Notes: generated by a model not told the origin, from the letters alone. A stretch of 64,000 nt of DNA from Tagaea sp. (GCA_044356395.1 JBIKWI010000001.1:3921-67920); one strand, 5' to 3'. Counted from the first letter of the stretch, positions 18,505-27,923 are shown. Program-made: numbers and translations.

Positions 18505-19166
18505 TGCGGCGCCGCTCCGGCCGTACGGATTTTGCGTAGCATTTCCTGTTTTGCCTTTGCCGCGTGCGCCGTCTGAAGGATTGCGGCACCTTCCGCGTCG
18601 CGCTGCGAGAGCGCCACGATGATCTGCCGATGATCGGAGATCACGCCAGCGACGCGTTCTTCGCCGTAGCCGTGGCGTCCCCAAAGCGCGACGATGATGT
18701 TCCAGTGACGGTCGAGAATACGTATCGCTTCGATGTTGCCGGCGGCATCGTTGATGACCGCATGGAACGCCTGGTTTGCGGCGAGTACCCCGGCAAAGTC
18801 GGATCGGGCGGCACTTGCCTCGAGGTCCGACTCGATCCGGCGGATTTCTTCGATCTGATCGGCGCCGATGCGCTCCGCCGCCCGCCTTGCCAGCATCGCC
18901 TCGAGCGCGATGCGCAAATCGAACAGGTCGCGCACGAAGTCGGCATCGACCGCGCGTACGCGGGCGCCCCGGTTCGGCTCGACATTGACGAGACCTTCGC
19001 CCTGGAGTTGGCGAAGCGCCTCGCGGATCGGCATGTGGCTCGTCGTGTAGCGCGCAGCAAGCTCGTCGATCTTGAGACGGCCGCCAAACGGAAACACCCC
19101 GGACAAGATGTCCTGGCGTAGGCGGTCACTGATCGATCTCGCCTCGATCTCCGACAGCACGCGCAT
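18501..19166 (-). CDS. GntR family transcriptional regulator (FCD domain)
   Basis: wHTH LKIDELAARYTTSHMPIREALRQLQGEGLV; ATG at 19166 (track start 19172 is a GTG); stop shares ATGA with the enolase start. Confidence 0.85.
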   Translation of the reverse strand: MRVLSEIEARSISDRLRQDILSGVFPFGGRLKIDELAARYTTSHMPIREALRQLQGEGLVNVEPNRGARVRAVDADFVRDLFDLRIALEAMLARRAAERIGADQIEEIRRIESDLEASAARSDFAGVLAANQAFHAVINDAAGNIEAIRILDRHWNIIVALWGRHGYGEERVAGVISDHRQIIVALSQRDAEGAAILQTAHAAKAKQEMLRKIRTAGAAPQ

Positions 19167-19182
19167 CCTCACCTTTTCCGGT

Positions 19183-19255
19183 TTTGATCAAATTATCCGG
19201 ATTTAGGAGGAGTAGTGGGCATATTCTGACGATGAATGTCAATATTTGATCAAAT
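19183..19255. promoter_or_regulatory. Two copies of the perfect palindrome TTTGATCAAA (19183-19192 and 19245-19254, the second extended to ATTTGATCAAAT) in the AT-rich region upstream of the second GntR operon
   Basis: Read directly. Only 96 bp separate the tctA stop (19269) from the GntR start; an unusual GGAGGAG sits between the repeats. Confidence 0.5.
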
Positions 19256-19268
19256 CGGACCCAGGCGG

Positions 19269-20753
19269 TCACTTCCGCGTGGCCGAACCCTTTCGCCATT
19301 CCCGCCAGAACGGCCAGACGAAGCAGGCGGCCGCGACGAGCAGAAGGCCGAGCGACCCCGGGCGGGTCACGAGCGGCAGCATCGACCCATCCGAGATCAT
19401 CAGTGCCGAACGCAGCTTCGCCTCGGCCATCGGTGCCAGAACGAAACCGATCACGAACGGGGCGAGCGGAAAGCGCGCCAATTCCATCGACAATCCGACC
19501 AGTCCGAACAGGAGCATGATCCAGACGTCGGAGACCTGTCCATCGACCGCATACGCGCCGACAATGCAGAACACGACGACGATCGGGAACAGAATCGCGC
19601 GGGGTACCAGCATCAGGCGCGCGAAGAGAAGGACGCCCGCCGTCATCATCACATACATGGCCACGTGAGCGACGAGATGCGTCGCCATGATCGTGTTGAC
19701 GATCTCGGGGTTCGTCGAGAACAGCAGCGGCCCCGGCCGCAGATTGTGCATGACGAGAGCCGCCAGCAGGATGGCATCGGCGATGCCGCCGGGAATGCCC
19801 AGTGCGAGAAGCGGGATGAGCGAGCCGCCGGTCGTGGCGTTGTTGGCACTCTCGGCCGCGACGATCGCCTCCTCGCTGCCCGTACCGAATGCCTCCGGCG
19901 TCTTCGACACGTTCTTCGCCACCGTATACGCCACAATCGACGACACCGCCGAACCTACGCCCGGATGGATGCCGATCCACACGCCGATCAGCGACGACCG
20001 CAACATGTTCCACCCATGCACGACGTAGTCGCCGAGCCGCAGGACGACCCCTCTCATCGATGCGCGGATATGCTCGTTGCTTTGCTCGATGTGCATCGTG
20101 TCGGCAACGAGCTGCGACATCGCGAACAGGCCGATCACCACGGGCAAAAGCTGGAAGCCGTTGGTGAGCGCCTCGACGCCGAATGTGAGGCGTACGATGC
20201 CCGAAGTCTGGTCGACGCCCGGCATCGCGACGAGGACTCCGAGCAATGCCGAAATCATTCCCTTCAGGAACGATCCGCGGCTGAGGGAGGAGACGAGCAC
20301 AAGTGCCGTGAGCACGAGGGCGAAGTTCTCCCACGGTCCGAGCAGCACGGCGAGATCGGCGACGGGCCGCGTCAGCAGCACCAGGAACAGCCAGCCCACG
20401 AAGCCGCCGACGATCGAGCCGGCATTGCCGAGGCCAAGCGCGCGGCCGGGGAAACCCTTCTTGGCAAGCGGATAGCCGTCGAGTGTCGTCATGACGGCAT
20501 TGGGTTCGCCGGGAATACGCATGAGTGTCGCCGTCACGAGCCCGCCGGATATCCCGCCTACGAACATCGATATCAGCAGCACGATCGCGTTTGTCGGCGC
20601 CATCGAGTAGGTGAACGGCAGCGTCAGGGCCATCAGCATGCCGGCTGTAATGCCCGGCATGACGCCGACGGCAATGCCGATCGTCACGCCGACCATCATG
20701 AGCAGGAACGGGAGCGGCGTGGCGAGATTCAGAAAGGCGTCGGCAAGCGTCAT
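19269..20753 (-). CDS. tctA: Tripartite tricarboxylate transporter large permease TctA
   Basis: About 494 aa, multi-TM, TctA family N-terminus GVMPGITAGMLMALTLPFTY; ATGA overlap with tctB. Confidence 0.9.
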   Translation of the reverse strand: MTLADAFLNLATPLPFLLMMVGVTIGIAVGVMPGITAGMLMALTLPFTYSMAPTNAIVLLISMFVGGISGGLVTATLMRIPGEPNAVMTTLDGYPLAKKGFPGRALGLGNAGSIVGGFVGWLFLVLLTRPVADLAVLLGPWENFALVLTALVLVSSLSRGSFLKGMISALLGVLVAMPGVDQTSGIVRLTFGVEALTNGFQLLPVVIGLFAMSQLVADTMHIEQSNEHIRASMRGVVLRLGDYVVHGWNMLRSSLIGVWIGIHPGVGSAVSSIVAYTVAKNVSKTPEAFGTGSEEAIVAAESANNATTGGSLIPLLALGIPGGIADAILLAALVMHNLRPGPLLFSTNPEIVNTIMATHLVAHVAMYVMMTAGVLLFARLMLVPRAILFPIVVVFCIVGAYAVDGQVSDVWIMLLFGLVGLSMELARFPLAPFVIGFVLAPMAEAKLRSALMISDGSMLPLVTRPGSLGLLLVAAACFVWPFWREWRKGSATRK

Positions 20754-21262
20754 GGAAGCGACACGAGCAGTATCTTGCGGAAGACGTGCTCGATCGAAAT
20801 CGTGGCCAGCAGTGCCGTGCCGACGACCCAGTAGGCGAGCGGCCGCCGCAGGCGCGCCATTGCAAGTCCGAGGATCGAAAGAAACGCGAAAGTCGAGAGG
20901 AAGAACGGGATCGCAAGCCAGATCGCGGCGACATAGGCGGCCGTTGCAGCGAAGGCAAAAGCCGCAAGCCCGGGGCGAAGCGGATAGCCGACTTCTTCGC
21001 TCGAAGTGTCGAGGCCGCCGATCAACGACTGCCCTGCCTGCCCGATATGCAGCCCCAACAGCGCGCGCACGAGGAGGGCAAGGCCCAACGCGAACAGAGC
21101 CACGGCCGCCGCCATCGGTACCGCACCGGGGCCGAGCGGATCGTAGACCGCCGGCGGCTCGCGCCAGCCGGCGACGAATACGATGCTTGCGATGGCCAGC
21201 ACGACCACTGCGGCGAACGTGTCGGTCCGCCGGTCGCCCTCCGGCGGCCCGCTGTCGGACAA
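20750..21262 (-). CDS. tctB: Tripartite tricarboxylate transporter small permease TctB
   Basis: 170-aa four-TM protein between tctC and tctA; start is a TTG per the track, start uncertain. Confidence 0.7.
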   Translation of the reverse strand: MSDSGPPEGDRRTDTFAAVVVLAIASIVFVAGWREPPAVYDPLGPGAVPMAAAVALFALGLALLVRALLGLHIGQAGQSLIGGLDTSSEEVGYPLRPGLAAFAFAATAAYVAAIWLAIPFFLSTFAFLSILGLAMARLRRPLAYWVVGTALLATISIEHVFRKILLVSLP

Positions 21263-21272
21263 GTCCCGTGCC

Positions 21273-22223
21273 TCAGCGTGCCGGAGCGGCGGTCTTGGCG
21301 ACCGGTTCGATCATCTTGAATACGTCGTCGAGCCGCTTCGCGAAAGCAGCCCCACGCATGAACTGCCCGGTTTGCGCCTGCTTCTGGAAGAACTCCTTGA
21401 TGTCCGGCGAACCGTTCGCTTTTTCGAGCGCATCGGCCATGCCTTCGATCGCCTCGCGCGAGGTCCCCTTCGGGGCGAACCAGAAGTTCTCGGCGCAATA
21501 ATCGAAGCCGAGGCCGAGTTCGCGCGCGGTCGGGATCGCTGGTTCAAGCGACAGGCGCTCCGGTCCCGAATAAGCGAGAGCTCGGATGCCGTTCGCCTTG
21601 TAGGTCTGGTATTCGGAACTCGACAGGACGGTGAGCTGCGTATGTCCACCCATGATCGCCGCGAAATTCTCGCCGCCACCGCCGATCTGCGCATATCGGA
21701 ATTTCGCACCGGGAAAACCCTGCTCCATGAACAGGGCCATCATGTGGTTGAGTGCGCCGATGTTGACGCCGGTGACGATCGTGTTGGGTTGCGCCTTGGC
21801 CGCGTCGAGAAGTTCCTTGAGGGTCGTGAACTTGGAGTCTGCCCGGACGATCGGATGGAAGCAGAATCCGCCGGTCAGCGCGACGGGCTCGAAGTTGCGG
21901 TACGAGACGCCACGTGCGGGATCGACGACCTCGCCCGACAGCAGGGCAAGATGGATCGCCAGAAAAGTGTGCCCGTCGGGCTGCGCCGTCATGACCTGGC
22001 GCGCGCCGACCGAAAAGTGGCCGCCGACATTCTGAATGGCGACCGGCTGAGAAACGATCTTCCGCTCGTCCAGCACCTTCTGCAGCGTTCGCGCGAGGAT
22101 GTCGGTCGTACCGCCAGGGCCGAACGGCACCACGATCCGGATCGGCTTCTCCGGCCAGGCCGCCATCGCCGGACCGAAGCTGGCGAAAACTGCGACGACT
22201 GCGGCGGCGATTTTGAAAAGCAT
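21273..22223 (-). CDS. tctC: Tripartite tricarboxylate transporter substrate-binding protein TctC (Bug family)
   Basis: Start MLFKIAAAVVAVFASFGPAMA signal; PIRIVVPFGPGGTTD Bug-family motif; GGGAGGA RBS. Confidence 0.9.
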   Translation of the reverse strand: MLFKIAAAVVAVFASFGPAMAAWPEKPIRIVVPFGPGGTTDILARTLQKVLDERKIVSQPVAIQNVGGHFSVGARQVMTAQPDGHTFLAIHLALLSGEVVDPARGVSYRNFEPVALTGGFCFHPIVRADSKFTTLKELLDAAKAQPNTIVTGVNIGALNHMMALFMEQGFPGAKFRYAQIGGGGENFAAIMGGHTQLTVLSSSEYQTYKANGIRALAYSGPERLSLEPAIPTARELGLGFDYCAENFWFAPKGTSREAIEGMADALEKANGSPDIKEFFQKQAQTGQFMRGAAFAKRLDDVFKMIEPVAKTAAPAR

Positions 22224-22369
22224 CTGACGTCCTCCCGTTGTCTCTTTGGTTGCGAGTATTGGATTTCGGTGGCGGGCGGTCAAGCGTGCCTCGAAAGCAC
22301 CGGCCGTCTGGCGCAACGGCCGAAGCTTCCAATTCGCCAGTCCGACTGCCAGGTGATGACCGGGACGGA

Positions 22370-23347
22370 TCAGACCAATCCGTGCAGATCCGCCGACTTA
22401 CCGATCGGGCGGGCGGCCTTCAGGGCCGTCGAGTTCCCGATCGCTGGAAATCTCTCCGCGCAGACATTGCGAAGTTCCCCGAGCAGGCGCCTGCAGGCGG
22501 GCGAAAGCACGCCACTGCGGCGTAGCGTCAGGCCTACCGGCCTGTCCCAGTCCAGCCATCCTATGCCTGCCGGAACCACACCGGCGCATTCGCGCCCCGG
22601 CACCATCGTGACCGAGGGAAGGAACCCGAGGCAGTCGGTCTCGAGGATCATCGCCCGCATGAAGGCGAGCGCATTCGTCTCGACGGCAAGGCGCGGCGCC
22701 GCGAGCCCGTGCGACTGCATGGATATTTCCAGGTGCTGGCGCGTGACGATGGTGGTGGCCGGCAATACCCAGCGATAGCGCTCGATCTCCTTCTTCGGCG
22801 GGTTGCGGCGCTCGAGCAGGGGATGGCCAGGCCGGCAGGCAACGACGACGCGGTCGACGAACAGAGTCTCCTGGACGAGATCGGAATCGTCGGGTTGTTC
22901 GACGAGGTTGGAGATCACGACATCGATCTCGCCGGCGCGCAGCCACTCGAACAGCCTGTCGTGCAGGCCTCCGATCACGGTCAGCTTGAGGTCGTTGCGG
23001 CCCTTGAGCAGGCGCGCGGTCGCGATCGGCAGGACACTGGCGATGACGCTGGGCGCGGATCCGATGACGATCCGTCCTTCGCGGCCGTCGCGGATTGCGC
23101 CGACCGCCCGTTCCGCCTCGCTTACTTCGACCGCGATGGCACGGGCGTGTTGCGCGAACTCCCGGCCGAACTCGGTCGCCAGCACGCCGCGTGCCGTACG
23201 TTCGAAGAGCTTGACGCCGAGATAGGCCTCGAGCCGGCGAAGGCTCTTGCTGAGTGCCGGTTGCGAGATCCCAAGCGCCTTCGCCGCGCGGACGAGGCTG
23301 CGGTGTTCGACCAATGCCACGACGTGCCGGAGCTGCTGGAGTTGCAT
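22370..23347 (-). CDS. LysR family transcriptional regulator
   Basis: N-terminal HTH LRHVVALVEHRSLVRAAKALGISQPALSKSLRRLE; sits between the two TTT operons, divergent from the plus-strand one. Confidence 0.9.
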   Translation of the reverse strand: MQLQQLRHVVALVEHRSLVRAAKALGISQPALSKSLRRLEAYLGVKLFERTARGVLATEFGREFAQHARAIAVEVSEAERAVGAIRDGREGRIVIGSAPSVIASVLPIATARLLKGRNDLKLTVIGGLHDRLFEWLRAGEIDVVISNLVEQPDDSDLVQETLFVDRVVVACRPGHPLLERRNPPKKEIERYRWVLPATTIVTRQHLEISMQSHGLAAPRLAVETNALAFMRAMILETDCLGFLPSVTMVPGRECAGVVPAGIGWLDWDRPVGLTLRRSGVLSPACRRLLGELRNVCAERFPAIGNSTALKAARPIGKSADLHGLV

Positions 23348-23501
23348 TGATATATCCAGTGGTTATGGATTGGAGACCAGATGGTAGTTGTTCCATTCCG
23401 ACGGAAGTGTCAAGTTTTTGGACATACCGGACCGAGGCCGCACAACGCTCGGCCGGTGGAGGAGGCGCGAACTTGATCGATCCAGTGTACCCGATCCACG
23501 G

Positions 23502-24014
23502 ATGCTCAAGCCTGTGAACGGTCAGGGTGAATCCGCGCGTCTGGCGAAGGGAGATGCTGCCTTCGCCGTGTCGATGATCGCTGTCGCCTTGCTGACGATG
23601 TGGGGTGTGCGCAACCAACCGAAGGCGCCGTACGATCCGGTCGGCGCCGCGGCCATACCGTTCTGGACGGCCGCGATCGTGCTCGTGCTCGCCGTCCTGC
23701 TTTTGGCGCGCGTGCTACTGCGGCACTCGACCCGCGGCAGTTCGACAGCGCTCTTCACCATGTCTGAAGCGATCGACGACAGTTATGCGATTTCGCATCG
23801 GTTTTCGGTCTACGGCATCGGTCTTGCGATCCTCTATGCGGCGGCCATCCCGCACCTGGGCTTCATGTTTGCCTCTGTCGGCTACATGACGGTTTTCGGC
23901 TGGGTACTGAGCGACCGCACGCCGCGTGCGTTGGCGACAGTCGCTGCGGTCGCGATCGTCGGCGGCGTCGGACTCGACTTGGGCTTCCGCGCACTTCTCA
24001 TCGACCTGCCGTAG
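23502..24014 (+). CDS. tctB: Tripartite tricarboxylate transporter small permease TctB (paralog)
   Basis: Start MLKPVNGQ (ATG 23502); motif YDPVGAAAIP parallels YDPLGPGAVP in the first TctB. Confidence 0.75.
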   Translation: MLKPVNGQGESARLAKGDAAFAVSMIAVALLTMWGVRNQPKAPYDPVGAAAIPFWTAAIVLVLAVLLLARVLLRHSTRGSSTALFTMSEAIDDSYAISHRFSVYGIGLAILYAAAIPHLGFMFASVGYMTVFGWVLSDRTPRALATVAAVAIVGGVGLDLGFRALLIDLP

Positions 24015-24023
24015 AGACGCGCG

Positions 24024-25520
24024 ATGGATCTCGTTCAGGGATTTCTCCATCTTTTCACGGCAGGGCCTTTCGCCCTGCTGATGATCGGCACGTTGCTCGG
24101 CATCGTCGTCGGCGCGCTTCCGGGGCTCACTGGCGGCGCGCTGCTCGCCTTGTCACTGCCATTCACGTACCGGATGAGCAGCGTCGATGGCGTCATCCTC
24201 ATGACGTCGATGTATGTCGGCGGCATATCCGGCGGCCTCATTACGGCGACGCTCATGCGCATTCCGGGCGAGCCGGCGTCGGTTGTCACGACGCTCGACG
24301 GCTTCCCGATGGCGCGTGGCGGCCGCCCCGGACGTGCGCTCGGCCTCGGAATCTCGGCGTCGTTGATCGGCGGTGCGCTGTCGTGGGTTGCCCTCGTCAC
24401 GCTCTCGCCGATGATGGCGCGCCTGGCACTGGTTTTCGGCCCCTTTGAGAATTTTTCGCTTGTGCTGATGGCGCTGGTCCTCATCGCCGCACTAAGCCAA
24501 GGGTCCATCATCAAGGGCCTGCTTTCGGGTCTTTTCGGAATGCTCGTGTCATTTCCAGGTATCGACGAATCGTCGGGGCAGAAGCGCCTGACATTCGGCT
24601 TCGAGAGTCTCGAGGCCGGATTCAGCAGTTTGGCCGTCATCCTGGGGATATTCGCGATCAGCCAAGTGCTTGCGGACGCGATGCATGCCCGCCAGCGCTT
24701 CGAGCGCCTCGATCCGAGCATCAAGGGGATCTTCCTGTCACCGGCCGACTATGCCCGGCAGACTTGGAACATCATCCGGTCGGCCATGATCGGCATCTGG
24801 ATCGGCATTCTTCCAGGTGTCGGTGCCAGCATCAGTTCGATTGTCGCTTACTCGACGGCGAAGAACATGTCGAAGACGCCCGAGAAGTTCGGGACGGGCT
24901 TCGAAGACGGCATCGTCGCGTCGGAGACCGCGAACAACGCCAATACTGGCGGCGCACTGATTCCGATGATCACGCTCGGCATTCCGGGAAGTCCTGCGGC
25001 TTCGATACTCCTGGCGGGCCTCCTGATGCACAACGTCCAGCCCGGCCCAACGCTCTTCACGAACTCGCCTGAGGTCGTCAATGCGCTGATGGCGACGCAT
25101 CTTGCCGCGCATGTCGCGATGTTCATCATGATGGTGGCCGGCTGCATGCTGATCGCGCGCCTGATGTACGTCCAGCGCGCCTACGTGCTGCCGATCATCC
25201 TCGTCCTCTGCGTCATCGGCGGGCTTGCCGAGAACGGGCGGATATTCGACGTCTGGACCATGATCGGTTTCGGCATCGTCGGGTTCGCGCTCGAGATGGT
25301 CGGCGCGCCGCTCGGGCCGTTTGTGATCGGTCTCATCCTTGCGCCGCTCGCGGAAGGCCAGCTGCGGGCCGGCCTCATGGCGTCGGATGGCTCCCTGTCG
25401 CCGCTGTTCGAACGGCCGATAACGCTCGGTTTCCTGATCGTCTCGGCACTGATGTTCATATGGCCGCTTTGGCGTGATTGGCGCCGCAAGCGGCGCCAAT
25501 CCGCCATCGCCTTACCCTGA
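24024..25520 (+). CDS. tctA: Tripartite tricarboxylate transporter large permease TctA (paralog)
   Basis: About 60% identical by eye to the TctA at 19269-20753. Confidence 0.9.
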   Translation: MDLVQGFLHLFTAGPFALLMIGTLLGIVVGALPGLTGGALLALSLPFTYRMSSVDGVILMTSMYVGGISGGLITATLMRIPGEPASVVTTLDGFPMARGGRPGRALGLGISASLIGGALSWVALVTLSPMMARLALVFGPFENFSLVLMALVLIAALSQGSIIKGLLSGLFGMLVSFPGIDESSGQKRLTFGFESLEAGFSSLAVILGIFAISQVLADAMHARQRFERLDPSIKGIFLSPADYARQTWNIIRSAMIGIWIGILPGVGASISSIVAYSTAKNMSKTPEKFGTGFEDGIVASETANNANTGGALIPMITLGIPGSPAASILLAGLLMHNVQPGPTLFTNSPEVVNALMATHLAAHVAMFIMMVAGCMLIARLMYVQRAYVLPIILVLCVIGGLAENGRIFDVWTMIGFGIVGFALEMVGAPLGPFVIGLILAPLAEGQLRAGLMASDGSLSPLFERPITLGFLIVSALMFIWPLWRDWRRKRRQSAIALP

Positions 25521-25534
25521 ACGGAGGAAGTCAC

Positions 25535-26479
25535 ATGCGCCGCAGAGAATTTGTCGCCGGAACCCTTGCCGCAACGTTGGCAGCGCCGGCACTCGCACAG
25601 ACCTATCCCGACAAGCCGATCCGGATCATCGTCCCCAATCCGCCCGGCGGCAGCGCCGATTACATCGCACGGTTCTTCCAGTCGCCGCTCCAGCGCATAC
25701 TGGGCCAGCCACTTGCCGTCGCGAATGTCGTCGGTGCCGGCACGTCGGTCGGAAACCGGCAGGTCCGCGATTCGGCACCGGACGGTCATACCGTCCTTGC
25801 AGTGCATCAGGCCCTGCTGACGGCCGCTACCCTGAAGGTGATGGATTTCGGACCCGAGGCCTTCGCGCAGGTCGCGCAGGTCGCCACGGAATACGTGGCC
25901 GTCATCGTCAACCGAAAGGCACCCTACCAGGATCTGCCGTCCTTCCTTGCTGCGGCGAAGAGCGGCGAACTGAAGGCAGGTGTCCAGATCGGTGCCATCA
26001 ACCATTTCCTGTTCCTGTCACTTGGCGATGCGACGGGTACCAAGTTCCGGTACGTCAACACCGGCGGCGGCGGCCCGACGCGTACGGCGCTTGCAGGCGG
26101 GCACGTCGATTGCGCCTTCCTGACCGTCAACGAGGCCAAGCCGCTTGTCGACTCCGGTGACCTCACGATCGCCGGGATCTTCGCGCCGCAGCGCCTGCCA
26201 AGCTGGCCCAACCTGAAAACCGCACGCGAGCAGGGCACGAACCTGCTTCTCAACCTGAATTACTGGTGGTGGATGCCCAAGGCGACGCCGCGCGACCGGG
26301 TCGACCGGTTCGCCGAGGCGCTTCGCGCGTCGATGAGCGATCCGGAAGTCGTCCAGAAATTCGCCGAGTTCAACATGATCCCTGCGTTCCTGAAGGGGGC
26401 CGAACTCGAAGCCGAAATCAGCCGCCAGTACGAACAGATGAAGCAGCTTGCCGCGCGCAACAACGTGACGGCGAGCTGA
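25535..26479 (+). CDS. tctC: Tripartite tricarboxylate transporter substrate-binding protein TctC (paralog), Tat-type signal
   Basis: Start MRRREFVAGTLAATLAAPALA; PIRIIVPNPPGGSAD; GGAGGAAG RBS. Confidence 0.9.
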   Translation: MRRREFVAGTLAATLAAPALAQTYPDKPIRIIVPNPPGGSADYIARFFQSPLQRILGQPLAVANVVGAGTSVGNRQVRDSAPDGHTVLAVHQALLTAATLKVMDFGPEAFAQVAQVATEYVAVIVNRKAPYQDLPSFLAAAKSGELKAGVQIGAINHFLFLSLGDATGTKFRYVNTGGGGPTRTALAGGHVDCAFLTVNEAKPLVDSGDLTIAGIFAPQRLPSWPNLKTAREQGTNLLLNLNYWWWMPKATPRDRVDRFAEALRASMSDPEVVQKFAEFNMIPAFLKGAELEAEISRQYEQMKQLAARNNVTAS

Positions 26480-26514
26480 CCCGAAACCGGAAAGACTTCA
26501 AAAGGGAGGACACC

Positions 26515-27870
26515 ATGTCGAAGGGATTCAACCGACGGGACGCCATCGCCGCCGCAGGCGCCGCGGGCGCCGTCGCCGCGCTGCCGTGGACGCCGGGTGC
26601 CAAGGCCCAGACTGCCAAGGTTGGGCCGTTCACGATCGTCATCAACAACTCGCCATGGTTCGACGGATTCCGGGGCGCAGTCGAGGCATACGAGAAGGAG
26701 TCGGGCAACAAGGTCAATCTCGACGTCAACCCGTTCGGCGGGAGTCTCGAGAAGCAGCGCGCTTCCGTGCGCGCGCGCGATGGCCAGTTCGACCTGCTGA
26801 TCATGAACGGCCTCTACTACCAGGAAATGTATCACGGGGGCTTCCTGACGCCGATCAACGAGATCGATCCGTCGTTCCGTCTCGATCCGCAGATGATCAA
26901 GTACGACAACACCGTGTTCTGGGACGAGGCGAGCAAGACCCATTCGCCGTCGGGCAAGCTGATGTCGGTACCGATCAACGGCAACATCCCTCTGCTGCTC
27001 TACCGCGCCGACCTCTATGCCGAGCACAAGCTGAAGGTGCCGGAAACCTGGGACGAGCTTCTGGCCAACGCCAAGAAGCTTCACAATCCGCCGCGCATGT
27101 ACGGCATCGTGCAGCGCGGGGCGCGCGGGTCTCCGAACGACATCTCGTACGACTGGTGGCCGTATCTCTACAGCCATGGCGGCAAGCTGTTCCGCGACGA
27201 GCCGAAGGGCGACTACACGATCACGATCAACAGCCCGGAAGGCAAGGCGGCTCTCGACTTTTACATCCGCATGGCCAAGGAGGCGGGCCATCCGCAGACA
27301 GGTGGCCTTGCCCAGGCGCAGATCATCCAGAACCTGGCGACCGGGCGTGCCGCCCATGCGCTGCTCGTCATCGCCGCTTGGTCGCAGATGGACGATCCCA
27401 GCAAATCGGCGGTCGTCGGCAAGCTCAACGCCGCGCGTGTGCCCGGTTCCGCCAAGGGCAAGCCCGCGCCGGTGCTGGGCCATTGGCTCGGCGGAATCCC
27501 GAAGAACGTGCCCAAGCCGCGTCAGGAGGCGGCGCTCACGTTCCTCAAGTGGTTCCAGACCCGCGATGCGCAGATGAAGTACCTCGCGGCCGGCGCGCCG
27601 CCGGTCCGTCAGGACGTGCTGTCCGACCAGAACCTGTGGAAGGATCCGAAGAACCGCTGGATGCCTGCGATGGCGCAGAGTTCGGAGTTCGTGCAGCTGA
27701 TGTGGAGCGTCCCCGAGGGCTCGCAGATCGGCGACGTTCTCGAACTTCGGCTCAACCAGGCCGTCATCGGGGAGCTGACGACCGACCGGGCGCTCAACAT
27801 GATCGCGGACGAATGCCACGCGATCATGCAGCGCGCCGGCTACAAAACCGGGAAGATCGCTGCCCTGTAA
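26515..27870 (+). CDS. Sugar ABC transporter substrate-binding protein (CUT1 / family-1 SBP), Tat-type signal; paralog of the SBP at 1-1083
   Basis: Start MSKGFNRRDAIAAAGAAGAVAALPW; AGGGAGGA RBS; C-terminal ...IMQRAGY like the SBP at 1-1083. Confidence 0.85.
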   Translation: MSKGFNRRDAIAAAGAAGAVAALPWTPGAKAQTAKVGPFTIVINNSPWFDGFRGAVEAYEKESGNKVNLDVNPFGGSLEKQRASVRARDGQFDLLIMNGLYYQEMYHGGFLTPINEIDPSFRLDPQMIKYDNTVFWDEASKTHSPSGKLMSVPINGNIPLLLYRADLYAEHKLKVPETWDELLANAKKLHNPPRMYGIVQRGARGSPNDISYDWWPYLYSHGGKLFRDEPKGDYTITINSPEGKAALDFYIRMAKEAGHPQTGGLAQAQIIQNLATGRAAHALLVIAAWSQMDDPSKSAVVGKLNAARVPGSAKGKPAPVLGHWLGGIPKNVPKPRQEAALTFLKWFQTRDAQMKYLAAGAPPVRQDVLSDQNLWKDPKNRWMPAMAQSSEFVQLMWSVPEGSQIGDVLELRLNQAVIGELTTDRALNMIADECHAIMQRAGYKTGKIAAL

Positions 27871-27891
27871 GGGGTTGCTACGGGAAGGTCT

Positions 27892-27923
27892 GCCGGGGCC
27901 GCATCGGTCGATGCGGCCCCGGC
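27892..27923 (+). other. Perfect 14-bp stem-loop (GCCGGGGCCGCATC-GGTC-GATGCGGCCCCGGC) in the SBP-permease intergenic region; no U-tract
   Basis: Read directly; its position mirrors known intra-operon SBP/permease hairpins that set differential mRNA stability. Confidence 0.5.

Noticed and set aside
19126-20967. 613-aa minus-strand ORF and 532-aa plus-strand ORF (19236-20834) covering the tctA locus
   Set aside because: Out of frame or antisense to a well-supported tctA gene. Their translations are Arg/Asp/His-rich low-complexity sequence typical of alternative frames in high-GC DNA.
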